Shown: piece by piece, positions 12,283 to 25,439 of the stretch | Layout: every line of letters starts with the position of its first letter | Numbering within the stretch: the stretch's first letter is position 1 | Origin: Torpedo marmorata | Lineage: Eukaryota | Length of the DNA stretch: 64,000 nucleotides | NCBI GenBank assembly: GCA_977017645.1 | Contig: OZ360232.1 | Coordinates: 15,810,001 to 15,874,000 of the forward strand | Direction: 5' to 3' | The notes under the pieces: generated by a model | Database searches by the model: none | What the model saw: only the letters and a program-made list of their open reading frames with translations | Told to the model about the DNA's origin: nothing | Program-made: the position numbers and the translations under genes

Positions 12283-15200
12283 GCCCGTTGCTTTTTGACG
12301 GTATTGGAACCCCTTGCTATTGCTCTATGGGAGAGTAGAGATTTTTCAGGGATAATTAGGAATGGTGTTGAACACAAAGTTTCTTTATATGCAAATAATC
12401 TTTTGCTTTTTATTTCAAATCCAGAGGTTTCTATACCAAATATATTAACCTTATTTGCCCAGATGGGCCAGTTTTATGGCTATAAATTAAATCTGCTTAA
12501 GAGTGAATTATTACCCCTAAAGGGGTGTTCTTTAAGATATTCCAATTTCCCTTTTAAGTTAGTGAATGATCAGTTCAGATACCTTGGAATTACAATTACT
12601 AAGAGTTACAAGAATTTATTGAAGGAAAATTTTTCGGTAACATTTAATCAGGTTAAAGGACTATTATCGGGATGGTCACCTTTGTCTATTACTATGATTG
12701 GACGTATTAATTCGATTAAAATGAATATATTACCGAAAGTTTTATATCTTTTCCAGTCTATACCAGTCTTTATTCCTAAATTTTTTTTGATTCATTGGAT
12801 TTGCTTATTTCTTCGTATATATGGCAAGGAAAACAACCTCGTTTAAACAAAATCCATCTTCAAAAACCTAAAAGGAGTGGAGACTGTCACTTCCAAATTT
12901 GCTCCTTTTGTTAAAATTTGCTAAAATTTGATAAACTAGCTGACCGCCCTTTTTGGATGGAAATAGAATTGAATTTTATTAAAAATTCATCTATGTTGGC
13001 AGTCCTAGGATCCTTTTTACTTTTTCTAAATTAACAAGCAATCCGATAATGAGACATAGGTTGAGAATATGGGTACAATTTAGAATTTTTTTGGAATTCA
13101 GTTTTTCTCTTGCCAGTCCTATTGTAGCTAATTATATTTTTTTTACCTTCTTTGTTAGATACAGGTTTTAGGGAGTGGTATAGACTGGGTATCAAAAATT
13201 TTAAAGATCTTTTTATTCGAGATAATTTTGCTTCTTTTGAACAATTGAGGGCAAAATTTAAATTACCCAATAGTCATTTTTTCAGATATCTACAAGTCAC
13301 ACATTTTGTTCAATCCAAGCTCTCTGATTTTCCAAGGATCGCTGAAACAAACATTCTTGATTTACCTTTTGACTTTCAATTTTCTCATAGAGGCTCAATA
13401 TCAATTATTTATAATAATTTGATGGACTTGAAAATAGCTTCGCTAGTTAAGATTAAGAGTGATTGTGAGCAGGAATTGGATTTGTCACTTACAGATGAGG
13501 ACTGGGATACGGTTCTAAATTTGATTAATGACTCCTCCTTCTGTGCGTGACATTGTTGCAATTTAAAGTAGTGCATAGAGTACATATGTCAAAAGTTAAA
13601 CTAACTCACTTTTATTCTGATATTGATCCATTATGTGATAAGTGTAAAATTTTTGAGGCTTCATTGATACATATGTTTTGGACTGGTCTTAGTTTAGAAA
13701 AGCTTTGGAAAAATTATTTCCAAACTTTATCAGTCATTTTTAGGGTCAATTTAGAACCTTGTCCATTAATTGCTTTATTTGGTTTTTCTCAAGAAGATAT
13801 ATTATTAACTTCATCTCAGAAGCGAATTTTAGCTTTTACCTCAGATAGCTAGACAGGCAATTTTTGATGAAATAGAAAGACAGTACTCCACCCACATTCA
13901 ATGGTTACAGAAGGTCATGTCCTTCCTAAGTTTAGAAAAAATCAGATATAATGTTAAAGATGTAAAGGTGAATTTTTACAAGACGTGGGGCCCATTCATG
14001 GACTATTACCATAATTTAAAGAATTAGGGTGTTTGGATGCTCCTGAGAAGCATTGTCTGGTTTCTGAAAGTCGTCTTTCGATCCTATATTTATTAGATAT
14101 GCAAGTTAACCTTGTTTAGAGGGGAGGGTTTGATTAATAGCAGGGGGGGGTCTTTTCTTTTCTTTTTTTTTCTTTTGAGATATTTTGATAAAATGGGTTT
14201 GATTGAGAATGGTACACACAATTTATACTATGTATGACTAAGGTACTATTTGAGAAGTACTTATTATCTGTCTCTCTTATAGTTCAGCCCATGTATTGGA
14301 TTACTGAGTGTGTATGTTTTTTTTATATTAAACTCAATAAAGATATTTTAAAAAGAAAAGAACATCATTCAAGAGGGTGAAACTTCGCAAGGCGTCAGGC
14401 CCTGACGGCGTACCTGGCAGGATACTGAAAATCTGCGCCAACCAACTAGCTGGAGTGTTCATGGACATTTTCAACCTCTCATTGCTGTAGTCAGAGGTTC
14501 AAAAGGGCATCAATCATTCCGGAGTCCAAGAAGAGCAGTCTGAGCTGCCTCAACGACTATCGCCCAGTAGCACTAACTTCTACTGATGAAATGCTTTGAG
14601 AGGCTGGTCATGGCCAGAATTAACACATACCTAAGCAAAGGTCTGGACCCACTGCAATTCGCCTATCGTCACAATCGCTCCACAGCAGACGCAATATCGC
14701 TGGCTCTCCACTCAGCTCTGATTCACCGCGAAAACAGCAACTCATACATACGGCTGCTCTTCATCGACTACAGCTCAGCCTTCAATACCATTATTCCCTC
14801 AGTGCTGGTCAAGAAGCTCCAAACTCTGGGCCTCTGCACCCCCCTCTGCAACTGGATCCTTGACTTTCTCATTGGAAGACCACAGTCAGTATGAATTGGA
14901 AACAACGTCTCCTCCTCACTGATTATCAACACAGGTGCACCCCAAGGATGCGTGCTTAGTCCACTGCTCTACTCGTTATACACCAATGACTGTGTGGCCA
15001 GGCACAATTCCAATGCTATCTACAAATTTGCCGATGACACCACAGTTGTCGGCAGAATCACAAACGGCAATGAGGAAGCGTACAGGAGGGAGATAGATCA
15101 GCTCGTTGAGTGGTGTCATGCCAACAACCTTACGCTCAACGTTAGCAAAACCAAGGAGATGATTGTGGACTTCAGGAGGAAGTCAGGAGAACACGACCCA

Positions 15201-15989
15201 GTCCTCATCGAGGGCTCAGTTGTGGAGAGGGTCAAGAACTTCAAATTCCTGGGTGTCAACATCTCCGAGGATCTGTCTTGGAGCCTCCATGTCGATGCAA
15301 TCACGAAGAAGGCTCGCCAGCGGCTATACTTTGTGAGGTGTTTGAGGAGATTCGGTATGTCACCGAAGATTCTCGAAAACTTCTACAGGTGTACTGTGGA
15401 GAGCATTCTGGCTGGTTGCATCACTGTCTGGTGTGGAGATGCCAACTCTCAGGAAAAGAAAAAACTCCAGAGGGTTGTTAACTCGGCCTGCGACATCACA
15501 GGCATCAAACTTCACTCCATTGAGGACATCTACAAGAGGCGGTGTCTTAAAAATGCAGCCTCTATCCTCAAAGACCCCCACCACCCAGGCCATGCCCTTT
15601 TCACTCTGCTACCATCGGGAAAAAGGGACAGGAGCCTAAAGACGAGCACTCAACAGCACAAGGACAGCTTCTTCCCCGCTGCCATCAGATTCCTGAATAA
15701 TCAATGAACCAAAGACACTGCCTTACTTTTTCGTGCACTATTTTGAAAAAATTTATTGTTGTAAGGTGGTGTATATGAATGTTTGCACGATGATGCTGCC
15801 GAAAAACACCGAATTTTGTGACTTGTTCATGACAATAAATTCTGATTCAAAGTGTCAGAGGAAAGGAGGCAGTAAATGGCAGAACTCATGCACAGAGGGA
15901 TCTTGGGGTGCATGTCCATATCTCCCTGAAAGTAGCAACAAAGTAGAAAGAGTGGTTAAGAAAGTGTATGGCTTATTTGCTTTCACTAG

Positions 15990-17545
15990 GGGGCCACAGC
16001 AGTGCTATAAGATGGCTTTGAGGCCACAGAGTGGAGCTATTTCAGAGAGGCGGCCACCTACAACGGTCAAGTTAACATCGAGGAGTATCTGAACTCAGTG
16101 ACAGGTTACATCAAAAAGTGTATCGAGGATGTTACCGAGATCAAATGCTTCACAACCATGGTTGGATACAGAGGTCCAGGCACTTCTCAGAGCTTGTGAT
16201 GCTGCCTTCAAGACAGGGGACAAGATGGCACGAAGATCAGCCAGGGCTGAACTGTCCCGTGCAATCTGAAAGGAAAAACGTGGGTACGGACAGAGGATCC
16301 ACAGTCAGCTGTCCGACACCAGCGACACGAGGCGCATTGGCAAGGGATCAAGACTATAAGAGATCACATGTCAACCTTGCGAGTTAAAGACAGCAACGCC
16401 TCCCTTCCAGACAGACTGAACATCATCTATGCACGGTTTGATGAGAGGAAGAGGATGACACCGAAGAAAGCTCCATGTCCCCCTGATGAACAGTCCCCCT
16501 GCAAAGCCACGGCCAAGGCGAGGAGAACCCACACAAGGCAGCAGGACCAGACAACATACCTGGTTGGGTATTGAAGGACTGTGCAGACCAATTGACAGAT
16601 CTTTATGGATATCTTCAACATGTCACTGCAGCAGTCCATCATCCCCACAGGTTTCAAGACTGGAGAACGACGCCTCATATTGCCAAGCTGCTGTTCATCG
16701 ACTTCAGCTCGGCGTTTAATACTATCATTCCCAAGAGGCTGGTGGAGAAGATGTCCTCGCTGGGACTCAACATCCCTCTCTGTAATTGGATCCTGGACTT
16801 CCTAATGGAAAGACCAGTCTGTCTGGTTCGGTAGCAGAATGTCGAGCACCTTCACACTGAGCACTGGCGCACCTCAGGGCTGTGTGCTCAGCCCACTCCT
16901 GCTCCCGCTACTGACCCACGACTGCATCGCCAGATCCAGCTCCAACAGTGTCATCAAGTTTGCAGATGACACAACAGTAGCTGGCCTCATCAGCAACAAC
17001 GATGAGTCACGTTACAGAGAATAGGTGGAAAATCCTGTGATAGTGTGCGAGAGTAACAACCTGAGTTTCAACATGGACAAGATGATGATCGTGGACTTCA
17101 GGAGGACCAGGAACGACCACTCTCCACTACACATCAACAACTCTGTAGTAGAGAGTGGAGAACACCAAGTTGCTTGGAGTTCACTTAACTAGTGACCTAT
17201 CCTGGACACACATCTCCTTACTTATCAGGAAGGCGCAACAGCGACTGCACTTCCTGAGAAGACTGAAGCGGGCAAGGCTACCGACCACCATTATATCAAC
17301 CTTCTCTAGGAGCTCTATCGATAGCGTCCTGGCCGGCTGCATCACAGTGTGGTATGGTGGCTGCAGCAAAATGGATCGGAGTTCAATCCACAGGAATATT
17401 AGAGTGGCAGAGAAGATCACTAGAGTCTTCCTCCCCACCCCCATCGACGTGATATACCGGGATTGTTGTCCTTGTACCGAGGACCAGAGAACACTGTTTC
17501 GTTGGGTTGTACTTGTGTAATCAGATGACAATAAACTTGACTTGA
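15990..17545 (+). mobile_element. Internally deleted Rex1/Babar-clade LINE (second family)
   Basis: [33 protein letters not shown]. Tail caataaacttgacttgac. Short actag duplication at the ends. Confidence 0.85.
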
Positions 17546-18184
17546 CTAGTCAAGGCAATAGGTATAAAAGTTGGGAAGTCGTGTTGCAGCTGTACAAATC
17601 TTTCTTTGGTGAGGCCACATCTGGAGTATTGTGTGCAGTTCTGGTTGCTGCATTACAGGAAGGATATGGAGGCTTTGGAGAAGGTGTAGAATAAGTTCAC
17701 CAGGATGTTGCCTGGATGAGAGAATATTAGCAATAAGGAACGGTTGGACAAACTTTCTCTGCATTGCTTTCTCTGGAGTATCGGAGGCTGATAGAAATAT
17801 ATAAAATTAAGTGGGGGCGTAGAAAAGATAGACGGAGGGTTTTCCCCATAGTGGAAATATCAAATACTACAGGGCATTGGTTTAAAGTGAGAGGGGGAAG
17901 TTTACAGGAGATTTGAAAGGCAAGTTTAAAAAAAAAATATAAACACGATGGTAGGTGCCTGGAAAGCACTGTTGGGGAGGTGGTGGAAATAGATATGATC
18001 CCAGCATTTAAGAGGCATTTGGACAGCACATGAACAGGCAGTGAATGGAGGAATAGAGACCATATGTGCAGGCAGATATAAATATTTTATATTGGTATCC
18101 TGATCAGCACAGACATCGTGAGCCAAAGGGTCTGTTCCTTTGCTGCACTGTTCTAGGTTCTATTTCATGGCAGCAATTGTGGAT

Positions 18185-18515
18185 GCTTAGTAAATTTCAG
18201 ATTTACTGTCAGAGTACATACATGACATCACATACAAACCTGAGATTCCTTTTTCCTGCGGGTGCGGCAGAATTACCACTATTGGTAGTGCAAAAATAAA
18301 CTGTACACAGCGTAAAACATGTAAACAAACAAAGAACTGTAAACAGATAACGAATGTAAACAAACTGACTGTGCAACACAGAGAGAACAAAAAGAAAATC
18401 AATAAAGTGCACAAGTAAGAGTCCTTAAACGAGTCTCTGATTGAGTTTGTCGTTGAGGAGTCTGATGGTGGAGGGGTAGCAGCTGTTCCTGAACCTGGTG
18501 GTGTGAGTAGCAGAT
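18185..18515 (-). mobile_element. Rex1/Babar 3' end fragment
   Basis: TTRFRNSCYPSTIRLLN C-terminus and a 3' UTR shared with copies at 49210-49870 and 63370-63960. Confidence 0.8.
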
Positions 18516-18696
18516 GATCTTGGTATTGGATATTTTGTCATGAATAAAAGCAAAAGGGAAATGGATGAAAAATTCCAAGGGTCAAGAGGGAAGCATTTAA
18601 CAGAAATATTTGAAAGCAACAATCAACTGTTCTGCATCTCTCTGACAAAAAGGCTTTTCTTATCCAAAGGTATGAAAAATGTTCTCAATACTTAAC

Positions 18697-18843
18697 TGGT
18701 TCTTTGAAGCTTGTTCCATCAATAAAGCAAATTCTCTCATGAGCTCTTGACAAAGGAGGTTTTTTTCAGGTTCCCCAGACATCATCGTCAACCACACAGG
18801 CTCTGCAATCCTTGGCATCGTGTAAAGATTATGTATTGCTGAC
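18697..18843 (-). CDS. FNIP1: FNIP1 coding exon 12 (147 bp): [48 protein letters not shown](Q)
   Basis: Within ORF 18660..18959. Acceptor cacattag, donor gttaag. Confidence 0.96.
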
Positions 18844-20414
18844 CTAATGTGGGGTGAAGGTATGAGCAAGGGAGAGAAAATGGTCATGTTTGTGTGATCT
18901 GCACAAATCCATTTTTTTTTTTTTTTATTTAGAAAGAAACAGATTTTTGCACACTCCATTTTTTCTCATTGCAGCCATCATATACAAAAACTGTTGTATC
19001 CACACTGCTGAAGTCACTTAAGGCGAGTTGTTCCTGTACAATATCCAAGACTACTGTAATATTACAGATATGTTGTGGTTGGAAGGCTGACTATATTTCA
19101 CTGAGCAACATACTCCTTCTATTCTTACAGCCTCTGGCATAAACTGCAAACTGATATACAGTCCCCTGACAGCGATCAAATTCTACTGGCATTGGACCAA
19201 CAGACACATGACCAGTTGAGAGGAACTCTAGATCTCAGGCAATTTAGTCTGCATCCAAAAAAGTGTTCTCCACAGCTGCTACAATTCTTTCATTTCAAAA
19301 TGGAAAAAAAAACCCTGTTTGCAAAGAGATTGTCTCAGGGTGAAAGACCTTCTACTTAATTGCAAATTTGTTTGCTACAGCAGCTTATCCAGATGTCACA
19401 GTCCAAACTCTCAACAAGCACTCCAATTTTTTTCAAAAATTCTGTCTCATACACAACTTACAGAAATATTTAGTCATAAAGGATGTTCCCAGTTCTAAAC
19501 AACTACAGCAATTTATTGTCTATAAATAACACTGGCAACAAAGTAATGACAGGCTTGTGTAACGACAGTAGCTGTGACTGCAGTTTGGTAACCTCTGAAC
19601 CAAGGACAATCCCAGAAAAAAAACCCTCAACTAGTATGTCCATTCCAGCTAAAAATACTGAATGTATTTGTAGCCATGTATTAATCTTGGTTTTGGACTT
19701 ACTCTAGACTTTTGTAAAATAAAGGTGCTTTTAGCAGCTAATTTATACTCTATAAAATGACATCGATAATATCATATCCTAATACGAAATGAGTTGCTCT
19801 GAATAGAACACGCATACTACAACAAAGTCACACTACTGCAAGACAGCTCTGACTATGTCACCGTCAGTTGGGAGTCTAAAAGCTGGACGGGTAATTATCA
19901 TTAAACAAAGAATGTCAGGCTGTTATATTGCTTAGAAATTCTTTTGTGAATTGAAAAGCTCAAGTAATATTCGTCTGATTAAGTTTTAGGACATCAATGA
20001 TATAAAACCAATTTATCAAAATAAATTTCATAATTCACTACATTTTCAATTTGAATATGACACAATTTATTTTGATATCTAATTAATTCAATGAGTCAAA
20101 AACAAAAAGGTGTAAACTATTAAGTCCCTAATGGACAATAAGCTATATGTGGAATGGATTATCAATGTGCTATTCCCTGGCTACGACACTGACTTTATGA
20201 ATGGCATGCCTTGCTGGGATCATCAATGCCATCAGTCAAAAATGGAAAAGGCAATCAAGGCTCAAATGTTCATTCTTTCAGCGTAACCAATTTTAAAATG
20301 CTGCAACAGCTAATTTCAAAGGGATGCAAACTCTAAGCAGGACTTCTGTCAGGATCCACAGATGACAGAGCCTTTAAAATACATGGTCTTCAAATGCAAC
20401 ACCAAAATATTCAC

Positions 20415-20500
20415 CTGAATTCATTTAAAGCATCCACAATTCTATTATAGCCCACGACACGTTGGTTTGTCTCAGAAATTCTATTCCTCATTTTCATAGC
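20415..20500 (-). CDS. FNIP1: FNIP1 coding exon 11 (86 bp): AMKMRNRISETNQRVVGYNRIVDALNEF(R)
   Basis: YNRIVDALNEFR motif. Acceptor ttttcag, donor gtgaat. Confidence 0.95.
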
Positions 20501-21572
20501 CTGAAAATAATAAGAAATAAAAGTGTTCAGTCGGTTACCCAAGCAAATCACACCTTGCAAAATGTGTAGGGAAGAGTGACTGCTTCACATGAGAACGCAA
20601 AACTTTGCAAGGTTCCAGGTCAGCCCATTAACACTGCTTTCATTGGCTTTCTAACTTGTGCTTTGTGTTGTTCTCCTCAAAGACTATGTGAATATCTATC
20701 AAAATATTAAATTTTAACCAGTACAATAATCTTATGAGTAGGTAGAAGCAATTTAACAAGATCCACTTAATTAACTGCTGCCAATGCCCCTTAGAATGGT
20801 TGATGCACGATAAAGCACTATACACAGAAATTACGGTATACATTTGTGAGAGTAACCTGACAGTGTGTTCCACTATGTGAATAGCTGTAGTGTTCTTTTT
20901 TAATATCTCACTGACAGAGAATTTCGACTCTGATATGTTTGGCTCAATTCATCTCGTACAATGTTAATTTCAGCCAGGTTACTGCCTTTCAGGTGACAAA
21001 AAGGATATTTTGGGTTGTTTGTTTTCCCCAATGATGCATTTGTCTCACATTGAAAGTGTGGGACAAAAGCATATTCTCTAACAATCCGAATTCCTGCCTT
21101 CTGAAATGTAAGAACTTTCCGAGGCATGTACAGGGTGTTGTTACATTAACAGCATTAAAAGGGGTGGGCGCCACTTGCCTGGACCAAGTTATTTTCGATC
21201 ACCATGAACAGGAAGCTATCTATATAGCTGGTTCAGCTCTTGGCCAAGGGCAATTGCACCTGGACTGCTGGTGAACATTGTTATCTGCAAGCTAGACACA
21301 AGAGCACCTCGGCTCAGTGGCATTGAAGTGAAGGTTGTGGAGTGAGAATTAGTTGCCTGATGGTTCTCCATGATCCCAATGGGCAGCATGTATTTGCTAA
21401 ACACAGTGAAGTTACATATGTCTTTTATCATACTACGATGCAGGTGGCTTTTATGTCAGGTGTACATTTTTTTCTCACATATCACCCATTATGCACCATA
21501 AAATGTCAGTGGGTCAGCGAATGACCCATAAAACCATGCAGTACTACTTCCCAATTAGCAGAACACCAATAC

Positions 21573-21774
21573 CTGCTCAATAGCAAATTTCAGTCTGTTC
21601 ATGTGACTCTCAAAGAGAGGAAAATGAGCAAAGAAAAATTCATTAAACTTGTTGTTCTCCTCTTCAGTCTGTGATAGTGAAAATAAAATGCCAATAGCAA
21701 TCTTCTTTTTTCGAACAATGGAAGGATTTGAACTGCAGCTTTCATCGGACATATTAAAACTTTCCTCTACTGAC
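21573..21774 (-). CDS. FNIP1: FNIP1 coding exon 10 (202 bp): [33 protein letters not shown]...[22 protein letters not shown]
   Basis: Within ORF 21555..21788. Acceptor ctttcag, donor gtattg. Confidence 0.97.
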
Positions 21775-21969
21775 CTGAAAGAGGACAAAGATTTTCTTGA
21801 GCAAGATAGCTAACAGATGTGTTTAACTCAATTACGTAGAGGAAAGATCAAATGTATAATGGCAACATAAGGTGAAACATCGTCCTAGAAGGAACTGGGA
21901 ATAGAAAAAACAGTATTCATGTGGACTGCACTGATATTCTTCCACTGATCTATGTAACGTGTTTTCTCT

Positions 21970-22200
21970 TACATGCACATGAACTCTCCACGCATTTCAC
22001 CACCCACCAACACTGAAGTTAATTTGCCGCAGTCAACTAACCTACAAACCAGCACATCTTTTGGATATGGGAAGAAATCAAAGCATCCAAAGGATTCCCA
22101 TGTTCACAGGAAGGACACTAACTCCACACAGCTGGCACCAGTGGCCCGGATTGAATCCAGGTGAGGCAGCAGCACTACTCTCTGCACTACAGTTCTGTCC
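21970..22200 (-). mobile_element. Degenerate tRNA-derived V-SINE-type copy
   Basis: Diverged match to the SINE at 48815-49058 (A/B box remnants and core). Confidence 0.5.
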
Positions 22201-22532
22201 ATTAGATGAGTGGCAAGAACTCTTGTCTCCAATTTTTTAATTATTTAAAAAAAATTACCATTCTTTCTCCACGAGATAAAAGACTAGATCATTTACATAT
22301 TAGACCGAATTCATGAGAGCCATTGATGGTAGTGTTCATCTAACAGACATCGAGACAAGGTTAATTTACAGACAGGTATCACGCGGTGGTACTTTGAGCT
22401 TGGAGCTCTTCATGGTAAAGAAGGCAATACACAATTTCTTTTGAAACCTGATGGTTTTGTACAGCAACATATGCTGAAAAGACAATTTACTTCTGGCTTT
22501 CTTTCTCAGACTGAAAAAAACTTCAGGCTTAC

Positions 22533-22668
22533 CACCTGGGGAAAACTCCATTTTCAAGGCTGGTGTTCTTACTGCGCCGCCAACGACGATGGTAGCTGCT
22601 CGCACAACTACTGGGAAGTGAGGAACTTGGCGAAGGAAAGGGTGTGATCAGCAGACTGCTCAGGGAAG
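22533..22668 (-). CDS. FNIP1: FNIP1 coding exon 9 (136 bp): [45 protein letters not shown](W)
   Basis: Strong match to FNIP1. Acceptor tctgcag, donor gtaagc. Confidence 0.96.
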
Positions 22669-23651
22669 CTGCAGATATTATCAATAATAAATTTTCAACA
22701 TACATAACAGTGGCATATACATTTTTAAAAAGATAAGTTTGGATTTTAATTCATTTTGAAGTGATGCAAATTACCAGTGTTCACTTCCAAAAATCGATCC
22801 AAAAAGTATGTTTTTTTATTTGAAAAAAAAAATCAACTCAAAATGACCGGCATCTAAATGCGTTTTAAATTGTGAAAATGTATAGCTTAATAATTGTTCA
22901 GCATTGATATTATTAAAAAACTCAATAAGATTGCGAATAGACACTTTGTCCTCTATTTATTTAAAAGCAATTTGATCAGCTAATTTGGAGTTCCCTGAAT
23001 AAATGCTGAAGAACACACAGAAGGAAAAGCATTTTTGACTTCTTTCCAGTCTCATAGGCACATATCCCTAAATGAGGTCACTTATTTTCTGTTCATTGCC
23101 ATACTGGGTGAAGCCAACAGGAGATTTCTCTTGATTGGCAATTGTTAAACGAGGGAAGTAATTTGTTATGTGGTTAATATCATAAAAAATAGTCGGTCTG
23201 GAAATATCAAGCCCTAGTTACATCAATACAATTGGACATGGATGTGCAGCTATGGGGTTAAAAAAAATGAATACAAAGACTTTTACAAAGATTCTTAAAA
23301 TCATGGATATTGACTGTTAAATACTTCATGTTTCAAATGCCATATATTTTGCAGCAAACCATTTAAATTAATTTCTGCTAGATTATAACATCCTTGCCAA
23401 AATCAGATGCACAGCTTAGCCATATCAGTATGAAATAACGAAGGATTGAATATGTTCAAAAAAACAGAATTGAGTTTCAACAGAAAAAGTCATTTATCAG
23501 TATTTTCTTAACCTTTACTCAAAAATTATTAGCATTAACTGCTTTGAAACATTTCAATTTGATGTCGCTATTTAGACGCATTGACACAAAACAATGAAGA
23601 GCTTGCCTTACAGCGACCACCATAAGAATTCAACATTAAAATCACTATCAT

Positions 23652-24543
23652 TGCACTGTTTATTACAATTTAAAGTGGTACACAGAGTAGACGTGTCTAA
23701 ACTCAAATTATCTCGTTTTTATGCTGATATTGACCCACTATGTGAGAAATGTAAAATTTTTGAAGCTTCATTGATTCATATGTTTTGGGAATGTCCAAAT
23801 TTAGGAAGTTTTTGGGGAAATATATTTCAAATTTTATCAACGATTTTTAAGATTAAAATACAACCATGCCCATTGATTGCTTTATTTGGATTTTCTCGAG
23901 CACCCGATATACTTATCTCTGCAACTCAGGAGAAAGTTTTAGCTTTTACTATGCTGATAGCCAGACGGGCAATTCTATTGAAATGGAAAGAAGATTCCTC
24001 CCCTGCGCATACACAGCGGTTACACGATGTAATGTCGTGTTTAAGTCTAGAGAAAATTAGATACAACATTAAAGACAATAACTTTCAATTTGATAAGATC
24101 TGGGGCCCATTCATGGAATATTATCATGATTGGAAGATTTAAGAGATTTGGGTGCTCCGAGGAGTTTTGGTCTGAGCTCTGGAGGTCGCTATTCGATCCA
24201 TTTTTGTACTCTTTCTTTTTCTTTTAAATGGCAATCCTGATTAGAGGAAGGGGTTAGAATAGAATTAGGTTAGTTTTGTTTTTTTTGTTGGGATTTTTCT
24301 TTTTTTTCTTTTTTTTTTTGTTTGTTTCTTTTCTTATTTTGAGTAATTGGGAAAGAGGTTTAGCTATGTTTATCACTATTATTATTATTTTTTAAATTAA
24401 ATAGAATTTAACTCTGATCTATATGAAAATGGTTCCATGTAGTACAATTAAGTTATATATGCATACGAAAAGATGTACTATCAGTCTATTACGGATCATG
24501 TATATGTGATATATGTTAAACTCAATAAAAATATTTTAAAAAG
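23652..24543 (+). mobile_element. 5'-truncated L1-clade LINE (family C-like)
   Basis: ORF 23594..24142 (CEKC...HMFWECP), 3' UTR, A tail. Duplication aaaat(c/t)actatcat at 23638-23651 / 24544-24557. Confidence 0.9.
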
Positions 24544-24582
24544 AAAATTACTATCATAAATGATAATTCATTTAATTCTTAC

Positions 24583-24654
24583 CAGATCTTGTTATCCCAC
24601 TATCTCTATCCTCATTGACTCCTCTACTTGGCATGTCCATTGGGGTGCTGTGAA
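24583..24654 (-). CDS. FNIP1: FNIP1 coding exon 8 (72 bp): [24 protein letters not shown]
   Basis: Matches [23 protein letters not shown]. Acceptor tctgcag, donor gtaag. Confidence 0.96.
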
Positions 24655-25439
24655 CTGCAGACATTAGAAATGGTCAAACTTTTTCATCTTACCATCAACT
24701 AACCCAACCCCACTACCCACACAGTATGTCAACCACACCACAGTGCAAATACAATCAGTTTGTGAAAGAGACAAGCTTCAAGTTATCCAACAGTGATGCA
24801 TCGCATCATAACATGCATACTAGATACATGACCAGGACAACGTGCAACAGCATGCAACTCATCAGAAAATAATAAAAGCTGAAATTTCCAAAACTGTTAT
24901 TATTCCTAATGACCCACCACCACAATCAAATCAGAATTAAAATAAATCAAAATAATTTATTTCGATGATTGGAAGGAAGTTGTCAATTTGATTTAAATGA
25001 GATAAACTGCGATTTTGCAAAATAATGCATACATGTTATACAGTTTTATAAAGACAATTCAGTAACTCCAGCTCCAAAGTCAATTTCCTATTCTAGATTC
25101 CCCATTTTATTCATTGATAATGAAGCTCTTATGCTGGAAAACTTAAGAGCAAATAATTTAAAAAGATCATTTACTAAAAATAGTTAGCTTATGTTTTCTG
25201 CAAATTCAGGCCACAAAACTTCACCAATTCCCCTCACCCTGTCACAGAATGACATTACACTATTATTCGCAGCTCAAGACAAGCCACTGCACCATCCTGG
25301 ACAGCGCATCAGTCATCAATTTTTTCCAGTCTCTGCTACTCTTCAATGAGCAATCAACTTTCCAGTTCTTACAATTCCTGTTTAGGGTTCAATTTGGAGA
25401 GAGAATCAAGTACAATATATCCAACTTTCTGATGATATG

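Larger units (their letters stand above)
7134..14358 (+). mobile_element. 5'-truncated L1-clade LINE (family C; pieces 7134-7165 and 12283-14358)
   Basis: Starts QGCCLSPLLF at 7134 and resumes PLLF..VLEPLAIAL...SLYANN at 12283. CDKC...HMFW motif, AATAAA and A tail near 14336-14358. Confidence 0.88.
6106..15848 (+). mobile_element. Rex1/Babar-clade LINE (pieces 6106-7133 and 14359-15848) interrupted by L1 insertions
   Basis: APE endonuclease (GGGVC, CRPFYLPREF, SDH), RT ([16 protein letters not shown]), tail caataaattctgattc. The 12-mer agaacatcattc is duplicated at 7122-7133 and 14359-14370. Confidence 0.92.
5600..18165 (+). mobile_element. Decayed CR1-clade LINE split into three pieces (about 5600-6105, 15850-15990, 17546-18165) by later insertions
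   Basis: Collinear RT and C-terminal motifs: GRSCLT...MEFNPNNCQVLHFG | DLGVHVH...VVKKVYGLFAF | YKSWEVVLQLYK...LVRPHLEYCVQFW, then 3' UTR. Confidence 0.8.

Noticed and set aside
11622-12846. Overlapping antisense ORF pair (11622..12377 minus and 12175..12846 plus)
   Set aside because: Read-through across the junction of two oppositely oriented L1 copies at about 12282.
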